A stretch of 64,000 bases of DNA from Hyaloraphidium curvatum SAG 235-1. Taxonomy: Eukaryota; Fungi; Monoblepharomycota. The stretch lies in NCBI GenBank assembly GCA_025558095.1, contig JAIVFI010000043.1, positions 379,877 through 443,876 of the forward strand, in the 5' to 3' direction. The notes below the pieces were generated by a model. It saw nothing but the letters and a program-made list of their open reading frames with translations. It made no database searches and was not told the origin of the DNA. The position numbers and the translations under genes are program-made. Below, piece after piece: positions 10,375 through 23,040 of this stretch; position 1 is the stretch's first letter, and each line of letters starts with the position of its first letter.

Positions 10375-12701
10375 ATGTCGAAGTTCGAGCAGTTTTTCGA
10401 AGCCGAGCTCGTCCCCGAATGGCGCTCGCAGTACGTGGACCTTGCGCGCCTCCGCGCGGGCGTCGAGGGCCTCGAGGCGGCGCTGCCCCGGCAGGGACGC
10501 GGCATGCTGCGTGAGCCCCACGCGGCGCTCCTCGCGGCGCTCGACGCGGAGCTGGCAAAGGCCCAGGAGTTCTACGCCGCGCGTGAGGCGGAGGCGGTGA
10601 GGCGGTGGGAATCTCTGAGGGCGCAGACCAGGCTCGTGGAGGACCTGGACCGCGAGCTCCGGGGCGGTGTTGTCCTGCCGGACGCCGCCCTCGGCCCGGA
10701 CGGGGCGCCGCATGTGGCTGAGGATGCCAAACGGACAGGTTCTGCCCCGCGGCAGGTTTTTCCATCCTCTCAAAGGGCTACTACGGAACCGAACGACGTC
10801 TCTAAGGCCTGGAAGGCGCTCACGCGTTACACACTGGAGTTCTACCGCTACCTCGTTCTCGTTCGGAACTTCCAGACGCTAAACCGTGGAGCGCTGGAGG
10901 GCTTTGCTGCCAGGATCGACGAGGTGATGGAGGCGGCAGCCGGCAAGACAAACAAGCATGCGGCCCTGAGCTTGGCGACGCTCCGTAGATCTCTAAGCCT
11001 GAAGAGTATCGCAATCGGGGATGGGATGGCATTGGACACCGAAGCTGGGAAAAGGTGGTTCAGAGGAAAAGCGGACTCGAGCTCCTTGGCCTCGAGCGAC
11101 TCCATCGTCGAACTCATGGCTTCGACCGAGGAATTCTACGTGGAGCTCTGCACGCATCCGCCCTACCCGGGTCAGCCAAAGCTCCCTACCCCCTCGGAGC
11201 GCCGTGCTCTGCTCCGCGAGCTGCACCTGCCCCGTCAGCACATCGCCGTCGCGGCGCACTTCAAGACCGAGCTCGGGACGACCTACCGCAGCGGGCTGCT
11301 CCTGGGCCTCGCGCTGCCAGCCTACGCCGCAGCCATCTTCTCCGTGGTCCTCGCCTCCATCCGCGAGCCCGACATCCCCTACAACACGCGGGTGCTAGTC
11401 CAGATCCACGGAGGCTTCTTCATCCCGTGCCTTCTGATCTACGCCTTCGGGGTCAACGCGATCGGCTACACGCGGGCGCAGATCAACTACGCCTTCGTTC
11501 TGGACCTCGACCCGCGCAACCACCTGGCCCCCCATCAGATCCAGGAGCTCGCCCTCTGGGGCATCCTGCTGACGGGTTACTCGCTCTTCCTCTCTGTCGG
11601 GTACAACTTCCTCCCCTTCATCCCCAGCACCCTCTACCCGGCCATCCTCGCGTGCCTCCTCTCCGCCATGGCCTTCTGGCCCTTCGACCACCTCTACCGC
11701 TCCGCGCGGTTCTGGGTGCTCCGCTCACTGCTCCGCATCTGCACACTAAGCAAGCTCGGCACCCTGTCCGTGCCCTTCTGCGACACCTTCGTCGCCTCGG
11801 CGCTCACCAGCGCGACATACAGCTTCACCGCCATGCAGGCGTTTGTGTGCGCGTACGCCTCGGGGTGGAACGGGATGGCGACGAACTGCGCCATGGGGGC
11901 CTCTTACTACGTCGCGCTGCCGACGTGCCTACCGCCCTTGTTCCGCATGTCGCAGTGCCTGCTCAAGTTCTGGGACAAGGGACAGCGGAAGGACCTGGTC
12001 AACGCGGCAAGGTTCGCTTTCTCGGTGACGGTGGTCTGGTTCGCGGCGTGGTCCGCGATTTCCGGGCTGCCCGAGGCTCACATCCTGTGGATCGTCGTGG
12101 CGGCGGTGTCGGCAGCGTACAGTTACTGCTGGGACATATACATGAGTGAGTGATCCGACGCGCTCGCCTACGTGTGGCCCTAGCCGTTGACCACCAACCC
12201 GACCAGGCTTTTCATTGCTGAGGATCCGCGACCCCAAGGACCCGCACTTCCTCCTCCGGCCGGAGCTCCGTTACTCCCCCCAGGCGGTCTACTACTTCGC
12301 CATGGTGTCGAATCTGCTCCTCCGCGTCTCGTGGATCGTTACGGTTTCGCCCAGCTACTGGGGCATTCTCGTCGACGGCCGCATGCTCGCGCTGGTGTTT
12401 GCGCTGCTGGAGGTGGCGAGGCGGTTCCAGTGGAACTTGTTGGTCGCACGTCGCAGGCATTTGAAGAGGGTTTCGGCGACTTATCGGTGCCATCCGCAGC
12501 TTCCGGATCGAAACCGAGCACGTGGGGAACAGCGAGTCCAACCGGGCCGTGCGGGACGTTCCGCTGCCGTTCCGCATCCTGGAAGCCACGGGCGACGACC
12601 GCTCGGAAATGGGAATGGACATGGCGATCGCGGATCGCGCGGACGGGTGGGCTTTTGCGATGCCGCCGGTGCCTGGGACCGAGACCAGCACAGGGGTATA
12701 A
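10375..12701 (+). CDS. SYG1: SPX-EXS phosphate exporter (SYG1/XPR1/PHO1 family)
   Basis: MSKFEQFFEAELVPEWRSQYVD SPX start, NFQTLN, INYAFVL, YSYCWDIYM, EVARRFQWN|FFRIETEHVGN..RAVRDVPLPF after introns near 12146-12206 and 12439-12499. Confidence 0.9.
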
Positions 12702-13054
12702 GGGTGTAAACCGTGCTGTGTTAACGTGCTTGAAAAGATTCGCCAAAGACCATGGCTGCCTTACAGAGCCCGAACACGCTGCCTCGCGCGAGATCGAAGA
12801 ATGGCAGTCAGGGTTCATGCGGTCACTCCTGCGTGCGTGCGCTGAAACAGTGCACCCCAAGGGCAGACAGGGTTCATGTATGCCTCGAGCGCCACCTTCC
12901 AGCGGATGGCATCCTTTCCGTGCTAGGTTGGACCGAAGCCCCATCGGGGACGCAGAGGAATCCTTGTGTGTAGTTGAGGTGATGCATCCGGTGATGTACG
13001 GTTCCGCGGCGCACGGTCCGTACCCTCCGCCGCCCCCAGTCTGAAGAACTGCAA

Positions 13055-14006
13055 TTGGTGGCTCTACCCGCCCGCCTCCGCAAAGGGCATCCGGTCGCCC
13101 GGCCGCGCGATGGTGCTGCTCCGCGGGAACCGGCTCGGCACGCGCGAGGGGATGCTGATGACCGGAGACGCCCCCGCGGGGAAGCCGTCTGGGGTGTGGT
13201 GGACCCGTCGGCGCCGGCCATCGCCGCGGGGACCAGGGTGCGGATCGACAGGTCAGCGATCCAGAAGGGCCCGGGCGTGCCGATGCCGGGCGACTTGGTG
13301 GAAAAGAAGACGTTCAGGGAGCTCAAGGGGTGAGAAGCCTAGTGGATGGAGCTCGAGGGGCCGCGGACGGTTGGGAGCGTCATCAACGGTGGGCTTCTCT
13401 TGCAAACTGCTCGCACGGGTCTTCACTACCGCGCCCCACAGCGCTCGCCAACATCGAGTACGGCTGCACCGACGTCGAAAAGAAGTGGACTGCCGAGGAT
13501 TTCGACCACCGCGACGACTGCAGCGACTGCCCGCGCAACGGTTTCATCGGGTTTGAGCGAATCGTTCTGCCCGCCGGATCCTCCGCCGGCATCGAGCACT
13601 GGAAGGCCGTCTGGTCGAGGTAGATATCTCTCTTGTTGCCCCTAGGCTACCGTCGTTGAAGGACCCCCGTCACCGCAGGCCTTTTCGTCACTTAGGAGTC
13701 GACCTGTACGGCTCGTACGTACTCTCGCCCCCCGTCTCCGAGAAATTCTTCGACCCCCGCGTGCCCGGACAGAGCCAAGCCGAGGTGGATGCGACCCTGG
13801 AGGCGTACAATCGGGCGGTGAATCAGCTCGCGAGCGCGGATCCCGAGGTGCTCGAAGGCCTCGGAGCCAAGGTGGACGCGCTTTTGCGGGACCCCGCCGC
13901 GTTCTTCGGAGCCGGTACAGCCGGGGTGGCAGACGGGACAGCGGGCGGCTCGGAGGAGGAGGAAGAGACCATGGCGAGCCTGTTCGATCCTCGCGATCTG
14001 GACTAG
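13055..14006 (+). CDS. Hypothetical multi-exon protein; start uncertain
   Basis: Three consecutive coding-like ORF segments separated by GT..AG-bounded gaps; acidic C-terminus; no recognisable motif. Confidence 0.45.
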
Positions 14007-14438
14007 CGTGACCGCGCCTCCGACGGCGCGAGGTTAGCGACACCGAGGTCAACGACAGACTGCCTTGCTGGTTGCAACCGATGTAGCCGAGTAATCAATT
14101 GGCATCTTCACCATCATTCGTTGGTCTGCTGCGCCCTAGCAGTGTCGCTTCTCCATCACCGTGCGGTCGATCGGCTCGGTGGGCCGCGTCTCGCAACCAA
14201 AACAGACCGGACGGCGCGCACATGGAGCGCAATCGGTCCCGCAGGAGCCGGTGGCCATATGAATCCGGATCCCAAGACATTGTTTAGGTGGTGGCCGTGT
14301 GGGAGATGCGGACGTTCGATCAAAACGCCGTGGTGTGTCATGGTTCCAGACCAGGGCCCTGATCAGCACCGGCCCCTGTCCCGCGATGCCGTGGGATCCC
14401 GAAGGCCGGCCCCGCTCCCCGGGGCGCCCCAAGGACCG

Positions 14439-15703
14439 ATGAGCACGAGCGGGGTGCGGAAGCCGCGGCGCCGGCCCCGGTCGCGGGACGCCGGCGCGGT
14501 GCCGCTGCCGTCCCCGCCGCCGAGTTCCCCCGCCGCGCCGAGCGCCGTGGCAGCCGGCCACGCGCGCCGCAAGCAGTACCGCGTGCTGCACGGCGTGCTC
14601 GGCGCCGGCAGCCAGGGCGCCGTGCGGCTCGCCGTGGGGCCCGCGGGGCTGTGCGCGATCAAGACAGTGGGGGTCGCGCCGGGGAACGCCGACGCTGCGG
14701 AGGCCGTGCGGAGGATGAAGGCCGTGTGGGGCATCGTGCCGGAGCATCCTGGGATCGTGCGGCTGCTCGATTCGTTCCGGACGCGCAGCAAGTTCTACTT
14801 CGTTAACGAGTTCTGCGAGGGAGGGGTGGGTCCAGGCGGATAATCCGAACTCGAAGCCCGCCTCACCGCTTCCCTGCCCACAGGACCTCGCAAAATACCT
14901 CGAGCGGCACGCCGGCGAGATCGAAGAGGGCGAGTCCCGGGAGATCGTCCGCTCCCTGCTTGTTGCAGTGGACTGGCTGCACTCGCACTGCATCGTGCAC
15001 CGCGACTTGAAACCCGCGAACGTGCTGCTGCGGGACGCATCCCGGCCGGCCGGGACGCTCTGCCTCGCGGATTTTGGGAGCTGCTTCGTGGAGGATCCCG
15101 CACGGACGGCAGACGGCCCGGGCGGGTCGGACTCGCCCATGAACACCATCTCCTCGATGCGCTCACTGTCTGACAGCCTCCGTGCCGGCTCCAGCACCCG
15201 CATGGACGCCATGAGGACTATCGCAGGTAGCCCGATGCGCGCTCGGCTCAAAGCCTCCCCTGATCAATCCCCGCCTCCCAGGTACGCCGTCCTACCTAGC
15301 CCCCGAGCAGATCCGCGGCATCCCTTACGGCCCCGGGGTCGACCTGTGGTCCCTGGGCTGCATCACCTACGTCCTTTTCTTCGGCGTGCACCCTTTCTCC
15401 CATGCGGGTTCGTTCCAGGACCTCTACGGGCGCATCGTGCGCGCCGAGTACCCGGTCCCCCAGGAATCCCCGGCCCCGGACGCGGCGCTGGAGTTCCTGG
15501 CATCACTGCTCACCGCCGACCCCGCTGCGCGACCATCGGCCGCAGACGCGCTGCGGGATCCGTGGATGCTGGCGCCGCGAACCGCGCCACCGCCGAGGCC
15601 GCGGGATGACGGCGGGGGATACGAGGTGCTGCTAAACGATTTAGGAGAGCTAGTGCTGGCGGATCTGGAAGTGGCGGACGACAGCGGGATGTTGCCTGCT
15701 TAG
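14439..15703 (+). CDS. Ser/Thr protein kinase (CAMK-like), local paralog 1 of 4
   Basis: GAGSQGAV, CAIK, HRDLKPAN, DFG, APE, DLWSLG; two introns (about 14827-14883 and 15227-15281). Confidence 0.9.
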
Positions 15704-15895
15704 GCTGCGGACGCGGATCGCTCGCCAGTCGCGGGGAGTCCGCGGTCGAAGGAAGGGGGGACTGGCGGGGGGCCAGAAGCAGCGCGGCAAGCGGCGCCGC
15801 TCCAACTGAAGCCGGATCCCGTACGAGGAAGTTCTTAGCTTTGACTTCGGACATCAGCAGGGGTCATCTTCCTCATCCGAACCATGGACAGCGCG

Positions 15896-17223
15896 CTAAC
15901 TCCCCTTGCGTGAAAGGTACGTGCTGTCGTGTGACGCGTCCACGTCGGCGAGCACTAGCTCACCCAGCTCGTTCAGGGTGACTGCGTAACCCTCCTCGGG
16001 TAAGCCACCGTTCGGCGGGGATGCCCCCGCCATCCAGGGATGCGACGCCGCGTCCTCGGCGGACATCCGTGACTCGGGGTCGACAATCAACAGCGATCGG
16101 ATGAAGCAGGCCGCCTGAGGGGATATAGGTCGGTCCGGAGGGAGCTCGTAGTCCGCCCGGCCGATGCGCGAGTACAGTTCCTGGAAGGAGCCGACAACCT
16201 GGAAGGGGTGTCGCCCGAAGAGCAGCTCGTAGACGATGCAGCCCAGGGACCACATGTCGACGCCGGGGCCGTAAGGAAGGCCACGGATGATTTCGGGTGG
16301 AAGGTAGAACGGTGTCCCTAGATGAAAGCCAAACGTGAGAGTTATGGACAGCTGGAGCTCGACGCGACGTACCAGCCAGCGTCTGCATCGCAGTGATGCT
16401 CGAGCTCGATCCGCGCCGTGTTTGATTGCCGATCAGCAGGGGAGGGTTTGGCCTGTCGTTCGGGGACGTGGCCGCGGAGAAGAGGGTGACCGGCGAATCC
16501 GGCTCTCCCGGAGTGTTCCTCCCCGAGCCGTCCTCGTCCTCTCCCGCACCATCCACAAATGAACTGCCAAAGTCCGCCAGGCACAGGGTTTCGGCCGGGC
16601 GTGAAGAGTCTCTGAGGAGCACATTGGCCGGCTTCACATCCCGGTGCACAACTCCGTGGGCGTGCAGCCAGCGCAGCGCCGACAGGATCGCAAAGGCAAT
16701 GTTACGGGCCTCCTCCTCGCCGATGGCACCCGCGTGACGCTCCAGGTACAGTGCCAGGTCCTGCAAACAGCTCGGTCAGTCAAAATGCCTGCCCTCGTAA
16801 AGACCGGCGTCCACCAACCCCGCCGGCGCAGTACTCGTGCACAAAGTACGCCTTGCCGCTCGTCCGGAAAAAGTCGAGCAGCCGCACAACACCGGGGTGG
16901 TGCGGCCGAATGGCAAACACCGCCCGCATGCGACGCACCATCTCGGCCGCGTCGGCGTCGCCCGGCAGCGTCTCGACGGCCTTGATTGCGCACACGCCCG
17001 GCGGCCCCACGGCGAGCCGTACGACGCCCTGGCTGCCAGACCCCACGACGGGTTGCAGCGTGCGGTAGAGCCTCCGCCGTGCCCGGCCGGCTGCGAACGA
17101 AGACCGGGAGCTGGGCGACCGCGGCGGGGTGGTCGGTGGGCGGACCGGCGCCGCCGAGGGCGGAATCTCGAGGCTGTCCACAGACGGAGAGGGAGAAGGC
17201 ACTGGTATTGGCGAGCGTTGCAT
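15896..17223 (-). CDS. Ser/Thr protein kinase (CAMK-like), paralog 2 of 4, convergent with paralog 1
   Basis: GSGSQGVV, CAIK, HRDVKPAN, DFG, PPE, DMWSLG; same two intron positions. Confidence 0.9.
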
Positions 17224-17910
17224 GTCCAGCTGGTGGTTGGTGGCGAATCGGGCCGCCTGTCCGCCCGGAGACCCTTAGCCGCGTGGCTTCCTCAACGGCA
17301 CGGTTCCACAGCGGCCAAAAGACGTGCATCGCTCACCGACGTGAGAAGTGGCCGTTCCACCATGATGTCGTATTTGTCAAGGAAGCCCTCCCGGCACGGT
17401 ACCCCTGAATGCGTCAAGTCGGGGTTTTGGAACCGCGCCCAGATTGACGGGACGGGCTGACGAAAGGCCCCCAAAACCGAACGCGGCCACCCTGATCACA
17501 TCGCCGCCCCGGTCCGCAGCGCTCACACTCGCTAGGCGGATGCATGAATACCGAGCGTAGGGAGAAGAGCCGCCCCCTTAAGACCGGGTTCTCAAACCGA
17601 GGCGGGAAAATGGTCGAGTAGCACCGCCCTTCCTGGGGCTTCCGTCCTGCCGCTGCATTGCCTCCCTGCACACCCCGCTCTGTTTACGCAAGTAGGGTGT
17701 TCCATTCGTGCGAGTTTACTGCGCAACTCCGGTGCCCCAGTCCACTGCAGGTCGCCCGGATGCGACTTGGCGGCGGGCCACAGAGTCGGACCCTTCGAAG
17801 TTTCCCGCGATCTGCGCAACCGGCCGAACCGGCCACGAGCTCGCCATCGGCGGCTTGTCCGCGAGGCCGCAACCCGATCATCGCATGCATACTGCCAAGC
17901 CGCTCCTGAA

Positions 17911-19410
17911 TCACAGCGGCATTCCACCAGGGGGCCCGAGCCGCCTCGCGACCTGCGCGGCATGCACCTCCGCCGGCTCCACCCCCTCGGGCCCCGCCGC
18001 CTCCAGCCACCACCCCACTTCCGGCGTCGCCGACGGTAGTTCGGTGCGCAGCCCCACCATCGCCAGCTCCGGACCCGCCCAACCCGCCGGCGGCGGACAC
18101 AGAGGCCTGCCAGCGCAGAGGTTCCAGAACAGCCCTCTGGCGCCGCAGAACCGCCCGAGGTCGGCGCCGCCGCCGCACCGCCATATGCGGTTCCCGGCGC
18201 CGCAGTCCAGGTCGGAAAAGAGGTTGGCGTGGTTGCACTTTCTGTGGTGGTCGAAGCACAGGTCGTTCCCCCGGCCGCGCGAGAAGACGTTGCCGGCCGC
18301 GGAAGCGCCCTCGACGGTCAGGTCGTGAACGTAGTTCGCGCGGAAATCGAACCGCGTGACGAGGTTATCGGACCCGTTGGCCGTGAGCCCGTGGTGTCCC
18401 ACGCACCCGCCCTCGGCGAGGTAGGAATTGGAGGTCTCCACCGGCCTGTCCGCCGTGAGCACGATCCCGTCGAGGGTGCAGTGGATCCCGTTGGCGTAGA
18501 CCCCGCTGTCGGCGTTGTGTATCGCGACATCGCGGATCCAGCAGTGCGCCGCGCCCGAGATGGCCGCGGCGTTGTGCCCCAGCTCGGTGAACTCGCCGCG
18601 CCACGGGGCGGGGGGGAATTCGAACCGGAGGGACTCGATGCCCGAGTCGGTCACGGTGGGAGCGAGGGCGGCGAGGCGGGGGGCCCAGGATGGGCGGAGG
18701 TCGTTGCGGAGGGGGCGGTCCAGGCGGATCGTTTTGGTGTGCGCGTCGACGGAGGCGATTCGCGCGGGTTGTCGCGTGGTCGGCGGAGGCAGCTTGAAGA
18801 AGCCGCCCGGGTCGCCGCCGTGGAGGTACGAGGTCAAAGTGCGGGAATCGTCGTCTCGGATGCTGATTTCGACCCAGCGCCCGGGGCTCAGGCCGTCGAC
18901 AGAAGATAGCGCTATCTCGAGGTCCCCGCGCCGGGCCTCTCCGACCACGTCCGCGACGTGTTGGGCGCCCATCGACGACCCCTTGATGGTGAGAAACCCG
19001 CCACTCCACGAGTAGTTGCTCGTCCGCAGCCCCGTCGTCGTCGCGCCCCAGTTTGGCTCCACGTCCGTCAGCGGCCGGTCGAACACGAGAACCGAGCGGC
19101 CCGGGCCCTCGCCGCGGAGCACCACCCGCGGCCTCGATATGGTGACGACGCCCGTGATCCTGTACCGTCCCGCGGGAACCAACACGGCGCCCTCGGGGGC
19201 CTCGGCCAGGCCCGCGTTGAACGCGGCGGTGTCGTCCGAAAGGCCATCGCCCTTTGCGCCGTAGTCGACGACGCTGGCGATCACCGGCGGTTGCGGGATC
19301 GGGAGCTCGCCGCAGCGGTAGCCTGCAAAGGAAAAGTCGGGCACGCGGCCGGCGGGGTGCCACAGCTCGCCCGAGGCGCCCCACAGGAGGGAGCGCTGGG
19401 GCCCAGGCAT
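17911..19410 (-). CDS. Pectate_lyase_3-like right-handed beta-helix protein, intronless
   Basis: PDFSFAGY, VVDYGAKGDGLSDDTAAF, VLVPAGRYRI, VVLRGEG; no evident signal peptide. Confidence 0.8.
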   Translation of the reverse strand: MPGPQRSLLWGASGELWHPAGRVPDFSFAGYRCGELPIPQPPVIASVVDYGAKGDGLSDDTAAFNAGLAEAPEGAVLVPAGRYRITGVVTISRPRVVLRGEGPGRSVLVFDRPLTDVEPNWGATTTGLRTSNYSWSGGFLTIKGSSMGAQHVADVVGEARRGDLEIALSSVDGLSPGRWVEISIRDDDSRTLTSYLHGGDPGGFFKLPPPTTRQPARIASVDAHTKTIRLDRPLRNDLRPSWAPRLAALAPTVTDSGIESLRFEFPPAPWRGEFTELGHNAAAISGAAHCWIRDVAIHNADSGVYANGIHCTLDGIVLTADRPVETSNSYLAEGGCVGHHGLTANGSDNLVTRFDFRANYVHDLTVEGASAAGNVFSRGRGNDLCFDHHRKCNHANLFSDLDCGAGNRIWRCGGGADLGRFCGARGLFWNLCAGRPLCPPPAGWAGPELAMVGLRTELPSATPEVGWWLEAAGPEGVEPAEVHAAQVARRLGPPGGMPL

Positions 19411-19612
19411 CGCCGTTCCATGGGACCACGACAGGGCAATCGAGAAACCGCGCGCTCGAATCGCAACTTCCTAGATTTCTGGGACCGTAGCCGCTCTAGA
19501 GAATCCGTGCTGGAGGACTGGAACTGAACAGATGGGGCAAGGGCTTGACGTTCCCCCGTTCACATCCTTCTGTGGCAACGTCTCCCAGGGAGCGCCGCTG
19601 GCTATCGCCGCC

Positions 19613-20578
19613 ATGCAGACGGCCGCCGCGAGCTCCTCCGCCGCCGGTGTGCCCGGCGTGGCGCCGATGCTCCGCGCGGGCGCTTCGCCCGCCGAGGTCG
19701 CCGCCGCCCTGCGCGAGAACGGCTTCTGCGTGCTCCCCGACGCCGTCCCGCCCGCACTCGTCTCCAAGCTCCTTTCGCACATTGACCGCTACATGGCCGG
19801 CGCGTGGCCGCGGTCGCTGGAGAACTACTTCCACGGGCACAACACGTACCGCTACTTCGACCTGCTGAACGCGGACCCGGAATGGAGGCAGCTGACGATC
19901 CTGCCGGGGGTGCTGGGGGCCGCCAAGGAGATTCTGGGGAAGGATCTGCAGCTGGCGACGTTCGGGACGGTGTCGATCGGGCCGGGCGAGGAGGTGGGCG
20001 GCCGGCCTCGGGAGGTCAGACGAGTGGTCTGACGTACAACCTTCGACGTCGCCCACAGGCGCAGAAGATCCACGTCGACGACATCATCTACCACCTCCCG
20101 CGGCCGCACCCCGAGGTCTACCTGAACGTCATCTTTTCCCTCTCTGAGTTCTCGTGCGAGAACGGCGCGACCCACGTCGTGCCGGGCTCGCACCGCTTCC
20201 CCGACGAGTGGGTCCGCCGCTTGACGCCTCCAGATTGCTCCTGACACTTCCCCACGCGACAGCCCCGATCCCGAGCACCCCCTCGCCACCCTGCAAGCCG
20301 CCATGCCCCCCGGCTCCGCGCTCCTCGTCCTCGGCTCCACCTGGCACGGCGGCGGCGCCAACCGCACCCCCAGCATCCGGCACGGCGCCACGATTGCCTA
20401 CTGCGCGGGGTGGGTCCGGCCGATGGAGAACTTCATGGTGTCGGTGGAGCAGGAGAAGGCGGCGGGGTTCGAGGAGGAGGTGATCGGGCTGATGGGGTAC
20501 AGGCTGTGCAGGGGGAGGCTGGGGATGGTGTTTGCGAGGAAGGATACGGGGCCGCTTATGGAGAGGGTGAAGCTGTGA
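19613..20578 (+). CDS. Phytanoyl-CoA dioxygenase (PhyH) family Fe(II)/2OG oxygenase; upstream ATG at 19532 also possible
   Basis: IGPGE|AQKIHVDD (HxD), ENGATHVVPGSH, WHGGGAN, GWVRPMEN; two introns; ends VKL. Confidence 0.88.
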
Positions 20579-20851
20579 GGGTGCAGCGGCGTGGGCTTTG
20601 GTTGTAGTCGGCTAATTGCGATTCACTGATGCTTTCCAGTTGAAATTCGATCCTTCTTCTTTCCTTGCCGCATTTCCCTTCTCCATTTTCTGCCCCCGCG
20701 CCTCCTCTACTTCTCCGAGCCGCGAAGCCTTAGCGGGGGTGGGCCTAGTAGTCGGTGGCAAAGCAACCGCCGGTTCGAACGCTGCAACTTCCTGGTTGCC
20801 TGCGGGCAGCAACGGTACCGCCGGGAGCACTCCTGCCCCGCGGAGCACACG

Positions 20852-22385
20852 ATGGGCGATGCGGCACCGGAGGCCGACGTGGACGACTTCAGCGGGGCGG
20901 AATGGCTCGCCATCCTCCCCGCGCCGACACCGCCGAACGGTGCGCTGTTCAGCGGCGACGTCGGCGGCGGCTCGTCCACGGCGCGCCTCGACGGGAGCGA
21001 AGTGCTGCGCGAGATGCGCCGCGTGAGCGCGCCGCTGGCGTTCTTCTTCCGCGTCACCGTCTTCGCGGCGCCGTGGGCGCGGCGCGTGGCCGTGCGGGCG
21101 GTGCTGAGCGCCGTGCCGGTCACGTGCGTGATCGCCGCCGCCGCGGTGTTCGACGACGGCGCGCGGGGCACGGCGCGGCTGGCCGCAGGGATGGCCGCCG
21201 CGTTCATCGCCATCGCCGCGTCCGTCGCCGTCGCCCTGTTCGGCTCCGTGGCACGGCTGTACGGGCGGTTCGCGGCGGGCGGCAGGGCCGACCCGGGCAA
21301 TGGCCCCGCGGCAAAGCCCGGCGAGCCGGACTACAGCTCGCACGCGCTCGCCGGCCTCGTGCGCTGGTCCGAGCTGGCTCACGCGGAGGGCGCTACAAGG
21401 AAGGACGGGCATGTCGAGGCAGGGAAGGAGGGGGCCGCCGAGAACGCAGGGCACTCGCGCCTCCTCGAGCACTGGCCCGACGACGCCTTCTGCCCGTGCC
21501 CCGCGAAATCCTGCGCCGGCCACCTCATCGGCAGCACAGCGGCGCTGGCCGTGCTCGGCCCCGTATCGCGCATGGTCCCGCTCACGGCGGCCCAGTTCCT
21601 GATCGTCTCCAACCCCACCTTCCTCTACGCTGCGCGCTTCTGGGCCTCCCCTTGGGCGCTCGCCGGCGCCGTCGCCCTGGTCGGCATCCTCGACTACGTC
21701 CCCGTCAATTTTGCCAGCACCTTCAGCCCCAACGTCGCGCTGCTCCGCCTCGCCATGCGCGTGCAGCGCCGCGCGACGTTCCTCGCCCTGCGCGGTTTCC
21801 TCGACCGCGCCGCCGCGGCGCTCGACGGCCGCGGCGCTGCCTCGTTGGACGGCCGCACGGAGCTCTACGCGCGCCTGCACTACCGCCTGACCCTGTCGTG
21901 GGAGCGCCGCGCGACGTTCGGCTTCCTCGTCTCCAACCGCGTCCTCGTTGCCACCGGCATCACCTGCACGGCGATCCCGCTGCTGATCAACCTGGCCGCG
22001 GGCCCGTGCGTGCCCGCCTACGTGCTATGCTTCGCCGCCTGGACTGTGCTGATGGTGATCACGGATCTGGTGCACGTGGCCCTGGCCAACGAGCAGATCG
22101 AAAGGGTGACGGAGCTCTACGCCCAGGCGCAGGCCGAGATCCGCGACGCTCTTTCGCGCCTTCCCCGCGGGACAGGGCACCGCGGGGACGCGGCCGCGGT
22201 CCTGGTGCTCGAGCGGCACGACCGCCTGCTGGACTCGTTCCGCGCCGAGGTTCTTCGGCTTCGTCGCCTCGTTCGGCGTGCTGCGGACCTTTTGCGCGAC
22301 CCTGCTGACCGTCGCCGTCGCGCTGTGGTCCGTCATGCGGGGGACGGTGGTGCTCACGGTGGATTCGATATGCCCGGGGCCTTGA
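20852..22385 (+). pseudogene. 7-TM membrane protein paralogous to 31991-33466, with apparent frameshift near 22247
   Basis: Shares F(S)..EWLA, H.LA...RW, CPCxxC and NxAxLxLxxR with the paralog; the conserved C-terminus RFFGFVASFGVLRT..LWSVMRG..SICP is in the +1 frame (22248-22385). Confidence 0.7.
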
Positions 22386-23040
22386 AGACGGGGGACGGAC
22401 GGACGTCGGCGTTCGTTGCCCTGGTACTGCGGTCCTTGTATTCGATTGACCCAGCCCACCCCTTTCCCTCGTCCCTGCCATTGCGTTGTCGAGGGACGCG
22501 CCCTGGCTCGCCCCAGAAGCCAGGCATCGCATGAATCCGAATCGCCTGCTCGCATTGCCACAATCCGGAATCGCCCGTGATTGACCGCTTTCCCGGGTTG
22601 AGAGGGGCGGCAAGAGTCCGGCCCGACGCCGGCCATGTGCGGGGCCCCCGTTTTCGTGGGGGACGGCCCGGCAACACCTACTGAGATTGACGGCAGGTCG
22701 GGAAGCATGCCGTCGTCGGCCCGCCACTCGGTGGCAAAGCGGCCGCAAATTTGGCCGGTCGGGTTCGGGTCGGGTCGCCCGTCGGATCTGGTTCCGATGA
22801 ACTGGGAAGGTTGCGTCATCTCACTCTGTCTCATCGTTTGGGGAATGCATTCCTGCCCTCGCGGGTGGATGAGGGTAACCTGGAATGAAGTCTAGAGAGT
22901 GTGCGGATGGTCGGTTGCCCGAGGCGTTGTCTGGCTGCGCTTCCTCGAGCGGCCGACCGGCATCACGGGCAAGGGACGTGAGGGACGTTTGCCGCCCGGT
23001 GGGTGCGGCCACCGCCGAACTCAACCACCGACAGGATCCC

